Below, piece by piece: positions 23,193-31,499 of a DNA stretch of 57,760 bases. Numbering within the stretch: the first letter of the stretch is position 1; each line of letters opens with the position of its first letter. The position numbers were made by a program, and so were the translations under genes. The DNA comes from Candidatus Magasanikiibacteriota bacterium (GTDB lineage: Bacteria; Patescibacteriota; Patescibacteriia; Magasanikbacterales; UBA922): positions 90,802-148,561 of the forward strand of contig JBAQFA010000009.1 of assembly GCA_049287025.1 (NCBI GenBank), written 5' to 3'. A model generated the notes under the pieces. The model was not told the origin of the DNA, ran no database searches, and saw only the letters and a list, made by a program, of their open reading frames with translations.

Positions 23193-24008
23193 ATGATAGA
23201 AGCCACTAACCTGACAAAAAAATTTCCAGCCCGAGGCTGGTCCGCCTCTGGAGGAAAAGATTTTACTGCTGTAGACGATATTTCTTTTTCTATTAAAAAA
23301 GGTGAGATTTTTGCATTCCTCGGACCTAATGGCGCGGGCAAGAGCACGACAATAAAAATGCTTACCACTTTATTAAAACCAACCAGTGGTAAAATTATGA
23401 TCAATGGTGTAGATCCAACAGTCGAGCAGGACAAAGCCCGGCATTCTTTTGGAATTGTTTTTCAGGATCAAAGTCTAGATGATGAATTGACGACTTGGGA
23501 AAATATGGAATTTCATGGTGTATTATATGGCTTAGAAAAAAAAGCCCGGCGAATAAAAATTGAAGAAATGTTGAATTTTGTGGAACTGTGGGACAGACGA
23601 GATGATTTGGTAAGTAAATTTTCTGGTGGAATGAAAAGACGATTGGAAATTGCGCGCGGACTTTTGCACGAGCCAGAAATTATTTTTCTTGATGAACCCA
23701 CTATTGGTCTTGACCCACAGACTAGAAATCATATGTGGAATTATTTACGTGATTTGAATGAAAAAAAACAAATTACAATTTTTTTTACCACTCACTATAT
23801 GGAAGAAGCCGAAAAAATGGCGCAGAGAATCGCGATTATTGATCATGGTAAAATCGTTGCCAGTGGTACACCAGAAGAATTGAAACAACAAACCAATAAA
23901 GCCTCTTTGGAAGAAGCTTTTTTAGATTTAACGGGTAAAGTAATTCGCGAGGAAGAGGCTGGTAGCGCCGAGGTAATGCGCCAGCACCGTAAGATGTGGC
24001 GACGGTGA
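23193..24008 (+). CDS. ABC transporter ATP-binding protein (ABC-2/DrrA-like exporter type)
   Basis: Walker A GPNGAGKST, signature SGGMKRRLEIA, Walker B IIFLDEPTIGLD. Confidence 0.9.
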   Translation: MIEATNLTKKFPARGWSASGGKDFTAVDDISFSIKKGEIFAFLGPNGAGKSTTIKMLTTLLKPTSGKIMINGVDPTVEQDKARHSFGIVFQDQSLDDELTTWENMEFHGVLYGLEKKARRIKIEEMLNFVELWDRRDDLVSKFSGGMKRRLEIARGLLHEPEIIFLDEPTIGLDPQTRNHMWNYLRDLNEKKQITIFFTTHYMEEAEKMAQRIAIIDHGKIVASGTPEELKQQTNKASLEEAFLDLTGKVIREEEAGSAEVMRQHRKMWRR

Positions 24009-24149
24009 TTCGTTCATTCTGACCCTGAGCGAAGTCGAAGGGGAAGAATCTTTTTTACTTCGGACATTTTTAAAATCAATAGCTAACGATTCAAAAAATT
24101 TTATTTTAGGAAAGATCCCTCGCCTGTTGGCTCGGGATGAATATACAGT

Positions 24150-24896
24150 ATGAAAACTATTTACATTCTTTGGTTAAGACAAATTAAACGTTATATGCGT
24201 TCTCGAGCTAGAATTATTGGTTCTTTAGGTCAGCCTTTATTGTTTTTGATTGCTCTGGGTTTTGGTTTTGGTCCGGTGTATCAAAAGGCCGGCGGTGGAA
24301 ACTATTTAGCATTTTTAGTACCAGGCATTGTGGCGATGAGTGTAATTTTTACAGCGATTTTTTCTGGTATTGAAATTATTTGGGACAAACAATTTGGATT
24401 TTTAAAAGAAACTTTGGTCGCGCCAGTTTCTAGACTCAACATTATGATTGGTCGAACTTTTGGTGGAGCGACTGTGGCAACTATGCAGGGTTTAGTTGTT
24501 TTACTTATTTCTTTTTTACTTGGTTTTAGAATAGATAATTGGTTGTTATTTCCTTTGGCTTTATTATTTATGATTTTAATTGCTTTGCTTTTTACAGCCA
24601 TGGGGACAGCCCTGGCTTCAGTTTTAAGTGATATGCAGGGTTTTCAATTGATTATAAACTTTTTGGTCATGCCTTTATTTTTTCTCTCTGGCGCTTTGTT
24701 TCCATTGGATAATTTACCCACTGCTATTAAAATCGCCACGAGGATTGACCCACTTACCTATGGTGTAGATGGACTACGTGGAGCCTTGATTTCTTCTGCT
24801 CATATTGGTATGACGATAGATTTATTGGTTTTGTCTCTAATAACTGTTTTTTTCGTGGTTTTAGGTAGTTATTTGTTTAAACGGATTGAAATTTAA
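24150..24896 (+). CDS. ABC-2 type transporter permease
   Basis: 248 aa with 6 TM segments. Partner of the preceding ATPase. Confidence 0.8.
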   Translation: MKTIYILWLRQIKRYMRSRARIIGSLGQPLLFLIALGFGFGPVYQKAGGGNYLAFLVPGIVAMSVIFTAIFSGIEIIWDKQFGFLKETLVAPVSRLNIMIGRTFGGATVATMQGLVVLLISFLLGFRIDNWLLFPLALLFMILIALLFTAMGTALASVLSDMQGFQLIINFLVMPLFFLSGALFPLDNLPTAIKIATRIDPLTYGVDGLRGALISSAHIGMTIDLLVLSLITVFFVVLGSYLFKRIEI

Positions 24897-24953
24897 ACAT
24901 TGATTTCCTGCCTGCGCAGGCAGGCACAGATTAATAATTGATTACACTGATAT
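24897..24953 (+). repeat. REP/MITE-like element, copy 2 of 4
   Basis: (TAA)ACATTGATTTCCTGCCTGCGCAGGCAGGCACAGATTAATAATTGATTACACTGATAT. Contains the perfect 18-bp palindrome CCTGCCTGC|GCAGGCAGG. Confidence 0.85.
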
Positions 24954-24982
24954 AAAAAAATCTCCAAATTGGAGATTTTTTT
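24954..24982. terminator. Bidirectional terminator shared by the permease gene and tRNA-Leu
   Basis: AAAAAAATCTCC-AAATT-GGAGATTTTTTT. Confidence 0.8.
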
Positions 24983-25068
24983 GGTGCCCGAGGCGGGAAT
25001 CGAACCCGCACTCTATTGCTAGAACAGGATTTTAAGTCCTGCGCGTCTACCAATTTCGCCACCCGGGC
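24982..25068 (-). tRNA. tRNA-Leu (anticodon TAA), CCA encoded
   Basis: Acceptor GCCCGGG/CTCGGGC, anticodon arm CAGGA-CTTAAAA-TCCTG, long variable arm, T arm GCGGG-TTCGATT-CCCGC, 3' ACCA. Confidence 0.9.
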
Positions 25069-25198
25069 TAAATTAACGAACACAATATATCATATTTAAT
25101 TATTTTTAGCAAGAGCATTTCTTGGTAGTCTTTTTTAGAATCTTTGAATTTTTTATAATAGTTTGATATGATACTCTCATAATTTATATAAATATTTT

Positions 25199-25867
25199 AT
25201 GTCAGAAACAGAAAAATTAGCTGCTGACAAAAAAGTTGGCAAATGGTTCTTTTTAAAATTAGAAAAAAAATGGATCAATTGGGCTGTGCCACGTTTACCT
25301 AAATGGTTAGAAACACAGCATCTTACTCTTACAACGATATTGTGGTGTGCTTTAATAATTGGTTTTAGTTATTTGGCCCAATATAATCCCCATTGGATGT
25401 GGTTAGTTTCACTCTCAATTATTGGTCAATATATTACTGACGCTCTAGATGGTGCTTTGGGGAGATATCGTAATTCTGGCTTATTACGGTGGGGGCATTA
25501 TATGGATCATTTTTTGGATTACATGTTTTTGTGCGCTGTCTTAATTGGTTATTCTTTTTTGTTTAATGACAAATTTAATTCTCTATTTTTTATCTTAGTA
25601 GTTTTTAGCGCTTATTTGGTAAATTCTTATTTGTATTTTTCGGCCACTAACAAATTTAAAATTTCTTATTTAAGTATTGGTCCGACAGAAATTCGTTTGC
25701 TATTTGTAATAATAAATACTTTATTTATTATTTTCCACAAAACATATTTAGCACAATTTTTACCCTATGTTTTGGTATTTTCTTTCTTAGGTTTGTGCTG
25801 GGTAGTTTATGATGCGCAAAAAGAAATTTGGGAAATTGATCAGAGAAATAAATTAAAGCAAGAATAA
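25199..25867 (+). CDS. CDP-alcohol phosphatidyltransferase family protein
   Basis: DALDGALGRYRNSGLLRWGHYMDHFLDY fits D(x)2DG(x)2AR...G(x)3D(x)3D. Multi-TM. Confidence 0.75.
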   Translation: MSETEKLAADKKVGKWFFLKLEKKWINWAVPRLPKWLETQHLTLTTILWCALIIGFSYLAQYNPHWMWLVSLSIIGQYITDALDGALGRYRNSGLLRWGHYMDHFLDYMFLCAVLIGYSFLFNDKFNSLFFILVVFSAYLVNSYLYFSATNKFKISYLSIGPTEIRLLFVIINTLFIIFHKTYLAQFLPYVLVFSFLGLCWVVYDAQKEIWEIDQRNKLKQE

Positions 25868-25871
25868 TTTT

Positions 25872-26345
25872 ATGTCATTTGAATCAGAAAAATCTGACGT
25901 ACGTCGGTCAAGAGAAAGTCGAGAATATGGGGCTGAACGAAAGGAAAGTAGAGAAGGTGAAGTGAATAAAGAATTGCAAGCGGCCGCAGCCATGGAGCGC
26001 GCGGATGTTATGATTCGTGAAGTAAAGAGTAGTAAAAAACAAATGCAAAATATTGTTCGCCATATGCAAGAAGTACAGACAGCGATTAGACAGCTTCGAG
26101 CCCAGCTTCAACTGGCACAGACTGATGATGATGTTTCGTCTCTAAAACAAGATAGGAAAAAGGTGGAAGAATTAAAAAAGAAAATTGGGGGTTATATAGA
26201 AGAATTAGAAAAGATGCGTGGTGATCTAATTCGAGAACAGATGGAAGAATTAAAAAATGGCATTGGAGTTGGAATGACGAGTGCACAGTTGCAGAAAAAA
26301 GCCGAGGAGATGGTGGAGGATTTGATTAATAGCGTAAAAGAATAA
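25872..26345 (+). CDS. Coiled-coil protein, charged (hypothetical)
   Basis: 157 aa, K/E/R/Q-rich with a heptad-like pattern. Sits 4 nt after the previous gene. Confidence 0.5.
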   Translation: MSFESEKSDVRRSRESREYGAERKESREGEVNKELQAAAAMERADVMIREVKSSKKQMQNIVRHMQEVQTAIRQLRAQLQLAQTDDDVSSLKQDRKKVEELKKKIGGYIEELEKMRGDLIREQMEELKNGIGVGMTSAQLQKKAEEMVEDLINSVKE

Positions 26346-26350
26346 TTTCT

Positions 26351-27796
26351 ATGAAAGCACCAAAACCAGAATTTGAAAGTCAATTACCACACGAAGGCAA
26401 TCTAGATGGTTTATTAGACACATTGGAGAATAGGGGGATAGTTGACGAAGAGATTGCTTATGATTTACAAGCGGGTCATGTCGACAAAGGTGTAGTACAA
26501 AGTTTTCTTGGTAGATTAAAAGATTTGGGAATTAAATTACCAAATCAATTTTTAACTTTATTAAAAGAAAGACCCAGTTTTGCTGTTTTATTAACTGTAT
26601 TAGAAATGTTGGCAGTGTCTCCAGCAATGGCTTTGGCTGAGGATGTTGAAGAAAAAAGTTTTTCTGAACCAGCTATATTTGTTAGTCCTGAAAAATTGAA
26701 AAATATTCAGCGTGATGCTCCAAGAGGGTATTTAAAATCAAATTTGGAAAAGCCACAAGATTTGGCTAGTATTGGAAAAATGTTGGTTGAACCAGCGACA
26801 GTGATGATTTCTCTCCCGACTAATGATGGCATTACTAGAGAAATAGCCAAAGTAGTTTTGGGGAAAAAATATGAAGACGGTTCAGTTGAAACTACTATTG
26901 ATTTTACTGTACCTTATCAATACGCTAGTGATTTTGCTTCTTCTGACCCAGTAGATAAAGAAAAAATGAAAGATGATTTACGGCAAACAGTCGTAGCTTT
27001 ATTAGAAAAATTAACTCCAATGATTTTTGGTGGTTCTTTTTATGAAGAAGATTTTTCTGGTGTAGCCAAAACAGAATCACAAAAAGTAAATCTGAAAAGA
27101 ATAGAAGTGACAGGGTTTGCTTCGCCTGAGGATCCTTTTCCATATGATTTTAGTCACAAAGACCCAAGAAATGAAAAGTTGGCAAAGATGAGAGCAGAAA
27201 ATGCTGCTAATGCTTTGACAGAATTACTAAGAGATAAAGGTGTGGATGTGCAGGATATTATTACTCATAAGGGCAATGGCGAAGTTCAATTTGATGACGA
27301 TGAAAAAAATAAACTTCAAGAATTGAGTGAAAAAGTTAAAATAAAATTACCCAAAGGAATAGATAATTTAGGTGATGCAAAATTAATTGAATTGGTGCAC
27401 AAATATAATCGAGGGGAATTGAGTGATGAAGAAGCCAATGTTGAATTGGCAAAAATGTTAGGTTCAAAAAGAAAAGTAGAAATAAAAGTGACAATTGAAA
27501 ATCATAGAGTAGAATTAATTTTACCAGTACCATATATACTGATTGCTATTGGTATTCTAATGTCCATTCCATGGACTAGAAGGCAAAGAGAAGACAGGCG
27601 TGAAAGAAGATGGCGACGAGCACAAAGATATATGGATTTAGAAATGAGAAAACCTTTGCCATACAATCCTCCGCCAGAACCGCTTGTGGGTTCTCATGAT
27701 CGTTATATTCCGCCACCCCCAGCAGCAATAAATCCCAATTTACCACCTCCAGTTCGTGGTCAATCTGGCCGTAGGCCACACAATAATCATCCATAA
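26351..27796 (+). CDS. Hypothetical protein with an OmpA-like segment, a late TM helix and a Pro/Arg-rich tail
   Basis: VTGFASPED...NEKLAKMRAENAANALTELLRDKGV resembles the OmpA_C core. TM segment LILPVPYILIAIGILMSIPW, then RRQREDRRERRWRR and a PPP-rich end. Confidence 0.45.
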   Translation: MKAPKPEFESQLPHEGNLDGLLDTLENRGIVDEEIAYDLQAGHVDKGVVQSFLGRLKDLGIKLPNQFLTLLKERPSFAVLLTVLEMLAVSPAMALAEDVEEKSFSEPAIFVSPEKLKNIQRDAPRGYLKSNLEKPQDLASIGKMLVEPATVMISLPTNDGITREIAKVVLGKKYEDGSVETTIDFTVPYQYASDFASSDPVDKEKMKDDLRQTVVALLEKLTPMIFGGSFYEEDFSGVAKTESQKVNLKRIEVTGFASPEDPFPYDFSHKDPRNEKLAKMRAENAANALTELLRDKGVDVQDIITHKGNGEVQFDDDEKNKLQELSEKVKIKLPKGIDNLGDAKLIELVHKYNRGELSDEEANVELAKMLGSKRKVEIKVTIENHRVELILPVPYILIAIGILMSIPWTRRQREDRRERRWRRAQRYMDLEMRKPLPYNPPPEPLVGSHDRYIPPPPAAINPNLPPPVRGQSGRRPHNNHP

Positions 27797-27801
27797 TAAA
27801 T

Positions 27802-27834
27802 AAAATCTTCAACTAAGTGTTGAAGATTTTTTTA
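27802..27834. terminator. Bidirectional terminator between convergent genes
   Basis: AAAATCTTCAAC-TAAGT-GTTGAAGATTTT. Confidence 0.8.
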
Positions 27835-27868
27835 TGTTACGTGATACGTGTCTCGTGGTGTGTGTCAA

Positions 27869-28933
27869 TTAGTTTTCACTCAACTCACTATTATAATGAT
27901 GTTCGTAAATACTCATAACGGCTAGAAATAGTGAAGCTAAGACTGGTCCAATAATAAAACCAGAAATACCAAAGATTATAATTCCACCCAAAGTAGAAAA
28001 TAGAGCCAGCATAGGATGCATCTGAGTATCCCGACCAACAAAAACTGGGCGAAGGAAATTGTCAATTAAACTAATTACGAGTGAACCAAAAAGTAAAATT
28101 ACTATACCTTGCCAAATATTACCCATAGCCAGCATGATGATACCGGCTGGAAACCAAATCAATGAAGATCCCACAGCCGGGATCACAGACAAAGCAATCA
28201 TAATTGCACACCAGACCAGGGCACCTTCTACTCCTGTGACCCAAAATAATATACCACCCAAAGCTCCTTGGATACCACCGACTAACAAAGTACTTTTTAA
28301 AGTGGCTCTAGTGGTAGAAGAAAATTTTTCGTATAGCATGGTTTCATACTTGTCACCCAGAGGAGATAAATGCATCAAACCTTTTAACATCCTTGGTCCA
28401 TCTTTTAAAAAGAAAAATAAAGCATAGAGCATTAAGAAAAATCTTAATAAAAACCAAAGTGAATTCTGAGTAACGCTTTTTATATTATCAAATAAAAATA
28501 TACTAATTGTTTTTGTAAAATTAGTGGCATATTGTGCCCAACTATTTTGGATAGTTTTTATATAAGGAGCTAATAATTGATTGTGACTTAACCAATTACT
28601 GACATTGTCTACAGTGTTTGTTATTCCAGTATTTGTGACTTTTTGATATAGGTTGATTGATTCATTGACTAATAATGTAGACAAACCAGCTAAAGGTAAA
28701 AATATTATGGCCACGACTAAGACAATAGTAATTATTGAACTTAGGGTAGCTGATCTAAAAAATTTTAGTAGTTTTTTGTAAGTTGGATAAGCTAAGACTG
28801 CTATTACGGCTGCCCAAAAGATTGGATAAATAAATGGGCTAATAACGTATAGTAGGGCAATCCCTAAAATTACAATTAAGCTAAAAAAGAAAACTGTTCT
28901 TATTCTAGCAAAGTTGGCTGATGTTTTTGGCAT
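27869..28933 (-). CDS. AI-2E (PerM/UPF0118) family transporter
   Basis: 354 aa with about 8 TM segments. The C-terminal half FSTLGGIIIFGISGFIIGPVLASLF is typical of the family. Confidence 0.7.
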   Translation of the reverse strand: MPKTSANFARIRTVFFFSLIVILGIALLYVISPFIYPIFWAAVIAVLAYPTYKKLLKFFRSATLSSIITIVLVVAIIFLPLAGLSTLLVNESINLYQKVTNTGITNTVDNVSNWLSHNQLLAPYIKTIQNSWAQYATNFTKTISIFLFDNIKSVTQNSLWFLLRFFLMLYALFFFLKDGPRMLKGLMHLSPLGDKYETMLYEKFSSTTRATLKSTLLVGGIQGALGGILFWVTGVEGALVWCAIMIALSVIPAVGSSLIWFPAGIIMLAMGNIWQGIVILLFGSLVISLIDNFLRPVFVGRDTQMHPMLALFSTLGGIIIFGISGFIIGPVLASLFLAVMSIYEHHYNSELSEN

Positions 28934-29043
28934 AGAGTTAAATATTGAATTATTGAAGTGTCTGTATTATAGCAGAATTTATGAGGAAATGCCATTAGAA
29001 CATATAATACACACATATTATTAACTTGCTATTAACTCGCTAT

Positions 29044-29072
29044 TGACAAAGTTGGCTAAATTCGGTATTATT
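29044..29072 (+). promoter_or_regulatory. Sigma70 promoter of rpsB-tsf
   Basis: TTGACA-17 nt-TATTAT, about 90 nt upstream of rpsB. Confidence 0.65.
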
Positions 29073-29162
29073 ATGGCACTTTATTAATCCCTCACCTTTT
29101 GCATTTTTTCCTCTCTACAATCACTTGTTAGAGTCGCAATTGGGAGGACAAAGGAAAAAACT

Positions 29163-29879
29163 ATGAAAATTCCTAGTATCATGGAAATGTTGAAGGCCGG
29201 TGTTCACTTTGGCCATCAGATTTCCCGCTGGCACCCAAAGATGAAGCAGTACATTTTTGGTCAAAGAAATGGCATTCATGTCATTGATTTGGAAAAAACC
29301 CAAGAAATATTGAAGACTACTTTGGAGTCAGTAAAAAATCTTGCTAAAGATGGCAAGGTTATTTTGTTTGTGACTACTAAGCCACAAGCCAGAGAAATAA
29401 TTAAATCTGCGGCTTTGAGCTGTGAGATGCCATTTTTGGTAGATCGTTGGATTGGTGGTTTATTGACCAACTTTGTAGAAATCAAACGTTTGATCAAAAA
29501 ATATAATCGTCTTAAAGAAGAACAGGCGACTGGTGAATTGGAAAAATATACCAAAAAAGAACAATTGGATATTGCCAGAGAGTTGGAAAAAATGGATAAA
29601 TCTTTGGCTGGTTTGGCCAAATTAGAAAAGAAGCCAGATGTTTTGTTTATTCCTGCTTTGCAAAAAGAAAAAACTGCCATGCTTGAAGCAAAGAGAATGG
29701 GAATTGAAATAATCGGCGTTTGTGATACCAATGCCAATCCAGACAATGCTGACTATATTATTCCTGCCAATGATGATGCGGTTAATTCTATAACTATGAT
29801 TACTAATTTGGTAGCTGAAGCAGTCAAAGAAGGTTTGGCAGAAAAAGCTAAAATTGCTGGACAAGAAGTTACAAAATAA
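29163..29879 (+). CDS. rpsB: 30S ribosomal protein S2
   Basis: MLKAGVHFGHQISRWHPKMKQYIFGQRNGIHVIDL... is a canonical S2 N-terminus. Confidence 0.95.
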   Translation: MKIPSIMEMLKAGVHFGHQISRWHPKMKQYIFGQRNGIHVIDLEKTQEILKTTLESVKNLAKDGKVILFVTTKPQAREIIKSAALSCEMPFLVDRWIGGLLTNFVEIKRLIKKYNRLKEEQATGELEKYTKKEQLDIARELEKMDKSLAGLAKLEKKPDVLFIPALQKEKTAMLEAKRMGIEIIGVCDTNANPDNADYIIPANDDAVNSITMITNLVAEAVKEGLAEKAKIAGQEVTK

Positions 29880-29916
29880 TAAAAATAGTTAATAATATAC
29901 TTTCTAAAACAAAAAT

Positions 29917-30564
29917 ATGGAAATAAATGCTAAAATGATTGCTGAGCTCCGAGCCCAAACAGGAGCAGGGATGCTTGATTGTAAAAATGCTTTAGTTGAG
30001 GCTGACGGTAATAGCGAAAAAGCGGGAGAAATTTTACGAACCAAAGGGATTGCTAAAGCAGCTAAACGTGCTGGCAAGATTGCGGCTGAAGGTTTGGTTT
30101 ACTCATATATTCATGGTGAAGGTAAAATCGGTGTGCTTTTGGAATTAAATTGCGAAACTGACTTTGTGGCCAAGACTGATGGTTTCAAAGCTTTGGCTCA
30201 TGATATTGCTATGCATATTGCTGCAGCCAATCCAAAATATTTATCTCGAGAAGAAGTCAAAGCAGAAGACATGGAAAAAGAGAAAAATATTTATCGTGAA
30301 CAATTGAAAAATGAAGGTAAGCCAGTGGAAATGATTGAAAAAATTCTTGAAGGCAAGATGGGGCGTTATTATAGTGAAGTGTGTCTTCTGGAACAGCCTT
30401 TTATCAAAGATGAAGACAAAACTATTGAACAACTGCTTACTCAAAAGACTGGTGAAATGGGAGAAAAGACTACTTTACGTCGGTTTACTCGTTATGAATT
30501 AGGAGAGGGAATTGAAAAGAAAGTGTCTGATTTTGCTGCTGAAGTGGCAGAACAATTGGCATAA
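29917..30564 (+). CDS. tsf: Translation elongation factor Ts (short form)
   Basis: IAELRAQTGAGMLDCKNALVEADGNSEKAGEILRTKG (UBA-like N-terminus), then LELNCETDFVAKTDGF. Confidence 0.95.
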   Translation: MEINAKMIAELRAQTGAGMLDCKNALVEADGNSEKAGEILRTKGIAKAAKRAGKIAAEGLVYSYIHGEGKIGVLLELNCETDFVAKTDGFKALAHDIAMHIAAANPKYLSREEVKAEDMEKEKNIYREQLKNEGKPVEMIEKILEGKMGRYYSEVCLLEQPFIKDEDKTIEQLLTQKTGEMGEKTTLRRFTRYELGEGIEKKVSDFAAEVAEQLA

Positions 30565-30586
30565 TATCATAAAAACATTAAACATA

Positions 30587-30627
30587 AAAACAACTGTCTT
30601 TGTGGATGGTTGTTTTGTTTTTTTGGT
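30587..30627 (+). terminator. Intrinsic terminator of tsf
   Basis: AAAACAAC...GTTGTTTT followed by GTTTTTTT. Confidence 0.7.
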
Positions 30628-30638
30628 GGTATTTAGTC

Positions 30639-30667
30639 TTGAAAGTATAAGTGTTTTCTGCTATAAT
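30639..30667 (+). promoter_or_regulatory. Sigma70 promoter giving a near-leaderless mRNA
   Basis: TTGAAA-17 nt-TATAAT. The -10 box ends 10 nt before the ATG at 30678. Confidence 0.6.
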
Positions 30668-30677
30668 TAAATTCACT

Positions 30678-31427
30678 ATGAAAGATATTCGTTTACAAAA
30701 ATATATAGCTGATCAAGGAATTTGCTCCAGACGCAAGGCTGAAGTTTTGATTGCTGAAGGAAAAGTAAAAGTAAATGGTGAAATAGTAAAAGAAATGGGA
30801 ATTAAGATAGATGATGAAAAAGATAAAGTTGAGGTTGAAACTTCTAGTGGCGAAAATATAGAGAAAAAAAAATCTTCTCAAGACAAGATTTATATTGCCA
30901 TGAATAAACCGGTAGATTATATTTGCAGTGCTGATAATGAACAAGGTCAGACGGTGTTAGATTTATTGACGCCAGTCAATTTTTGGAAAAATGATAAACA
31001 AGAAATTCAGACACGGGTATACCCAGTGGGTCGGCTAGACAAAGATTCTGAAGGTTTAATTTTATTAACTAATGATGGCGAATTGACTAATAAATTGACT
31101 CACCCTAAGTTTGAACATGAAAAAGAATATGAAGTAATGATTGATAAACCTTTATCACGGGATGCAAAAAAAGTTTTAGCTGGTGGAATGGATATTGACG
31201 ATGGGGAATGGGTAAAAGGAATTAAAATTATAAAGGAATTAAATTTGGGTAGGCGGGTCGTAGTGACAGTAATTTTGGAAGAAGGAAAAAATCGACAAAT
31301 TAGAAAAATGTTTGGTAATCTTGGTTATCATATTATTAGTCTAAAAAGAATGAGAATTGGGAGATTATCACTGGGGACTTTACCAGTAGGTAGATGGCGA
31401 TTTGTAAGAAAAGAATCCATTGTTTAG
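30678..31427 (+). CDS. Pseudouridine synthase, RsuA/RluB family (S4 domain + catalytic domain)
   Basis: RLQKYIADQGICSRRKAEVLIAEGKVKVNG (S4 domain) and the catalytic motif GRLDKDSEGLILLTNDG. The start was chosen downstream of the promoter. Confidence 0.85.
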   Translation: MKDIRLQKYIADQGICSRRKAEVLIAEGKVKVNGEIVKEMGIKIDDEKDKVEVETSSGENIEKKKSSQDKIYIAMNKPVDYICSADNEQGQTVLDLLTPVNFWKNDKQEIQTRVYPVGRLDKDSEGLILLTNDGELTNKLTHPKFEHEKEYEVMIDKPLSRDAKKVLAGGMDIDDGEWVKGIKIIKELNLGRRVVVTVILEEGKNRQIRKMFGNLGYHIISLKRMRIGRLSLGTLPVGRWRFVRKESIV

Positions 31428-31499
31428 CTGTCTACAAAAGACTGTTGACAAATCTTAAAATATGGTATACTATTTGTGTTTAGTATTATACTTTTAATT

